Of a DNA stretch of 39,906 bases, positions 37,617-39,906 are shown in pieces. The position numbers and the translations under genes are program-made. The stretch comes from Promethearchaeota archaeon (GTDB lineage Archaea; Asgardarchaeota; Lokiarchaeia; Sigyniarchaeales; SOKP01): positions 1 to 39,906 of the forward strand of contig RDOE01000026.1 in NCBI GenBank assembly GCA_011364975.1, in the 5' to 3' direction. The notes under the pieces were generated by a model. The model was not told where the DNA came from. It saw nothing but the letters and a program-made list of their open reading frames with translations, and ran no database searches. Every line of letters starts with the position of its first letter. Position 1 is the stretch's first letter.

Positions 37617-37662
37617 GCCTAATTTTTTTAACTAAAAATAGGCATTTATTTCTTTTTTTTTT
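37617..37662 (+). terminator. Hairpin followed by a T10 tract, candidate terminator
   Basis: GCCTA-ATTTTT..AAAAA-TAGGC stem (37617-37643) followed by TTTTTTTTTT (37653-37662) between the convergent archease and rtcB genes. Confidence 0.45.
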
Positions 37663-37705
37663 ATTTGTAAGAAAATACTAACCTTAGAAAAAGAGTGGAA
37701 AGAAA

Positions 37706-39178
37706 TTATCCTTTTACCACACCAACGGGAACAAGTCTAACTACTTTTTCTATTATACCTAAATCATGAGATACTTGTACCACTTGATCAATATCCTTAT
37801 AAGCTCCAGGAGCTTCTTCAGCTAAAACTTTTATCGAAGCTGCTTTTGCTAAAATCCCTTGATTTCCTAAATCTTGTTTAACTTGATTTCCCCAGTAACT
37901 TTTAATAGCTTTTGCCCTTGACATTACTCTGCCTGATCCGTGAGCGGTTGAACCGAAAGATAAATCCATTGCTTTCTGTTTTCCTACGCATAAATAAGAA
38001 GCAGATCCCATAGTGCCCGGAATTAATGCTGGTTGTCCTATACTTTTGTAATCTTGAGACAAATCAGGGTGGTTTGGTGGAAATGCTCTGGTGGCTCCTT
38101 TTCTATGTACGTTTAATTTCATTCTTTTTCCATCAACTTCGTGTTCTTCAATTTTAAGAATGTTATGACATACCCCATAAATTAAGTGCAAATCCAAATC
38201 GTCAACATCACGTTTAAACGCGCTTTCAAAAGTTTCTCTAAGCCAGTGAGTAATTAATTGTCGATTACAAAAACCAAAATTAGCTGCACTCGCCATTTGG
38301 CTCAAATAATTTTGAGCTTCTTTTGTATGGGCTGGAACTGATGCCAATTCCCTATCAGGAACTCTAACATTATACTTTTTCATTGCTTGCTCAATATTTC
38401 TAATAGAATCACTACATACTTGATGTCCAAGTGCTCTTGAACCGGTATGAATCATGACAGTTATTTGCTCTTTATCAATTATACCCAACTTTCTCGCGAT
38501 ATCCTCGTTATAAATTGTATCAACTTTTTGAATTTCGAGAAAATGGTTTCCACTTCCAAGAGAGCCTAGTTGTTTAAGAGCTCGTTGTTTAGCTTTTTGA
38601 GATACCAATTCAGCATTAGCATCCTTCAAATATCCATTCTCTTCGCAATGCGTTAAATCATCTGGAAGCGCATATCCATTTTCAAGGGCCCAATTTAACC
38701 CCTCATTAAGAACCTTATCTAATCCGGAATATGAAATGTTTAATTTCCCTTTGCTTCCTAAACCGGAGGGAATATTATTGAAAATATTATCTAAAAGCTC
38801 CGGAAGTACTGGACTAACATCTTTTAACGATAAATTAGTACGAAGAAGTCTAACTCCACAGTTAATATCATAACCTACTCCTCCAGGACTAACCATGCCC
38901 TCTTCCGCATCTGTTCCCGCAACACCTCCAATACAGAATCCATATCCTTGATGGGCATCAGAAAGTGCAATAGCATGCTTTTCAATGCCTGGAAGGCATG
39001 CAACATTACTAATTTGGTCTAAAGTTCTATCTTGCTTTATCAATTCTAAAATATATTCATTAGCATAAATATGAACGGGTACCTTCATCTGAAATTTTTC
39101 GATTTTCCCTTCAACCCGGGCCATCAACGTTTTTGGGGTGATCTCGTATACATTCTCTTCAATTTTTTTCACATTCAT
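37706..39178 (-). CDS. rtcB: tRNA-splicing ligase RtcB
   Basis: DAHQGYGF, GGVGYDINCGVR, GSLGSGNHFLE, HTGSR, HNI, HRKGAT, PGTMG, HGSGR, EEAPGAYK, C-terminal VKG. Confidence 0.97.
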   Translation of the reverse strand: MNVKKIEENVYEITPKTLMARVEGKIEKFQMKVPVHIYANEYILELIKQDRTLDQISNVACLPGIEKHAIALSDAHQGYGFCIGGVAGTDAEEGMVSPGGVGYDINCGVRLLRTNLSLKDVSPVLPELLDNIFNNIPSGLGSKGKLNISYSGLDKVLNEGLNWALENGYALPDDLTHCEENGYLKDANAELVSQKAKQRALKQLGSLGSGNHFLEIQKVDTIYNEDIARKLGIIDKEQITVMIHTGSRALGHQVCSDSIRNIEQAMKKYNVRVPDRELASVPAHTKEAQNYLSQMASAANFGFCNRQLITHWLRETFESAFKRDVDDLDLHLIYGVCHNILKIEEHEVDGKRMKLNVHRKGATRAFPPNHPDLSQDYKSIGQPALIPGTMGSASYLCVGKQKAMDLSFGSTAHGSGRVMSRAKAIKSYWGNQVKQDLGNQGILAKAASIKVLAEEAPGAYKDIDQVVQVSHDLGIIEKVVRLVPVGVVKG

Positions 39179-39379
39179 CCTAAACCAATAAGTGAATTAA
39201 TTTTCATAAATTTTGTGATTATTTTTTTCCACTATTTTCTGTAATAGATCAATGTTCTACTAACTATTTGAAAATGAATAATACCAAGAAGATTATAAAA
39301 TACCGAGACACTGAACATTTATATCCTGTTTTCAGTAGTTTGCCTTTTTTAAAGGTTTCTTTTTAAATCAAGTGAAATA

Positions 39380-39595
39380 GTGGAAGTTTTTAATGATAGT
39401 TCTAGAGTTTTTGGTATGCTAAAAACTGTTTATTGTGATAAGTGTGGTGCCGTTATGAAACAAAAAACATGTGAGGGGACCTTCGGAATCAACGCAAGCT
39501 TACTCATATGCCCAAAATGCTCTTATAAATATGAGACTGGATTGCGTTATAATCCATATATTCAGGATTATGTAAAATACTACAAATATATTTAA
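39380..39595 (+). CDS. Small zinc-ribbon protein
   Basis: CDKCG..CPKC pairs; start is GTG 39380 or a later ATG. Confidence 0.6.
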   Translation: MEVFNDSSRVFGMLKTVYCDKCGAVMKQKTCEGTFGINASLLICPKCSYKYETGLRYNPYIQDYVKYYKYI

Positions 39596-39637
39596 TCCTT
39601 TAACTTTTTCCAAACTGTCAAATGATGGGGAAGAAGT

Positions 39638-39904
39638 TTATTTAATATCGATAAACTTTAACAAGCCTAAATCGTCCAAATCGTCAATCATGACCTGAAT
39701 ATCTCCCACCGGTTTACCAGCCTCCTCCGCAATGTCCGATATCGTGTGAAACCCGTCCGCTAAATGTGCTATCTTGTAGGAATCCTCATCCAAAAAACCC
39801 TGCGTAATCACCTGGGTGGGAAGACGCTTGTTAGTCCATTCCGGCTTTTGATCTTGAACCTGATGTAGATCCTCCTCCGTAAGGACGAGCCCTTTCTTTT
39901 CAAG
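39638..39904 (-). CDS. Partial CDS (3' end) with a C-terminal winged helix; not in the ORF track
   Basis: Open frame LEKKGLVLTEEDLHQVQDQKPEWTNKRLPTQVITQGFLDEDSYKIAHLADGFHTISDIAEEAGKPVGDIQVMIDDLDDLGLLKFIDIK* runs off the window edge. Confidence 0.8.
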   Translation of the reverse strand, partial: LEKKGLVLTEEDLHQVQDQKPEWTNKRLPTQVITQGFLDEDSYKIAHLADGFHTISDIAEEAGKPVGDIQVMIDDLDDLGLLKFIDIK

Positions 39905-39906
39905 TT

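Overview
AT-rich archaeal core-genome window, most consistent with an Asgard archaeon (Lokiarchaeia-like). This is inferred from PolD, an unsplit Rpo2, TFE, PAN, Cbf5, CarS and Orc1/Cdc6 occurring together with two Rab-like GTPases, one of them fused to a roadblock domain. Most of the window is housekeeping: CoA and thiamine cofactor enzymes, class III RNR, the NAC-PUA-PAN-MBF1-TFE neighbourhood, rpo5-rpo2, a PolD/Cdc6 replication cluster, and archease plus RtcB. Four tRNA genes were read by hand, since the ORF track does not show RNA genes: Cys(GCA, partial), Lys(TTT) with a T-loop intron, Thr(CGT), and Leu(GAG) with two non-canonical introns. The main leads are (1) a 571-aa Rab with all five RabF motifs, three exact 28-aa-spaced APPVPEP repeats and a C-terminal zinc ribbon, lying tail-to-tail with another zinc-ribbon protein; (2) non-canonical and multi-intron tRNAs in the same region as the RtcB/archease ligase pair; (3) a roadblock-Rab fusion; (4) a rearranged PolD-SWIM-Cdc6 cluster with an inverted mini-ORB-like pair; (5) a structured sORF/sRNA element between archease and rtcB; and (6) a GC-shifted partial gene at the right edge with an NPRL2-like winged helix. 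No CRISPR array, transposase, integrase or intein was seen. All calls come from motif recognition; no database search was run.
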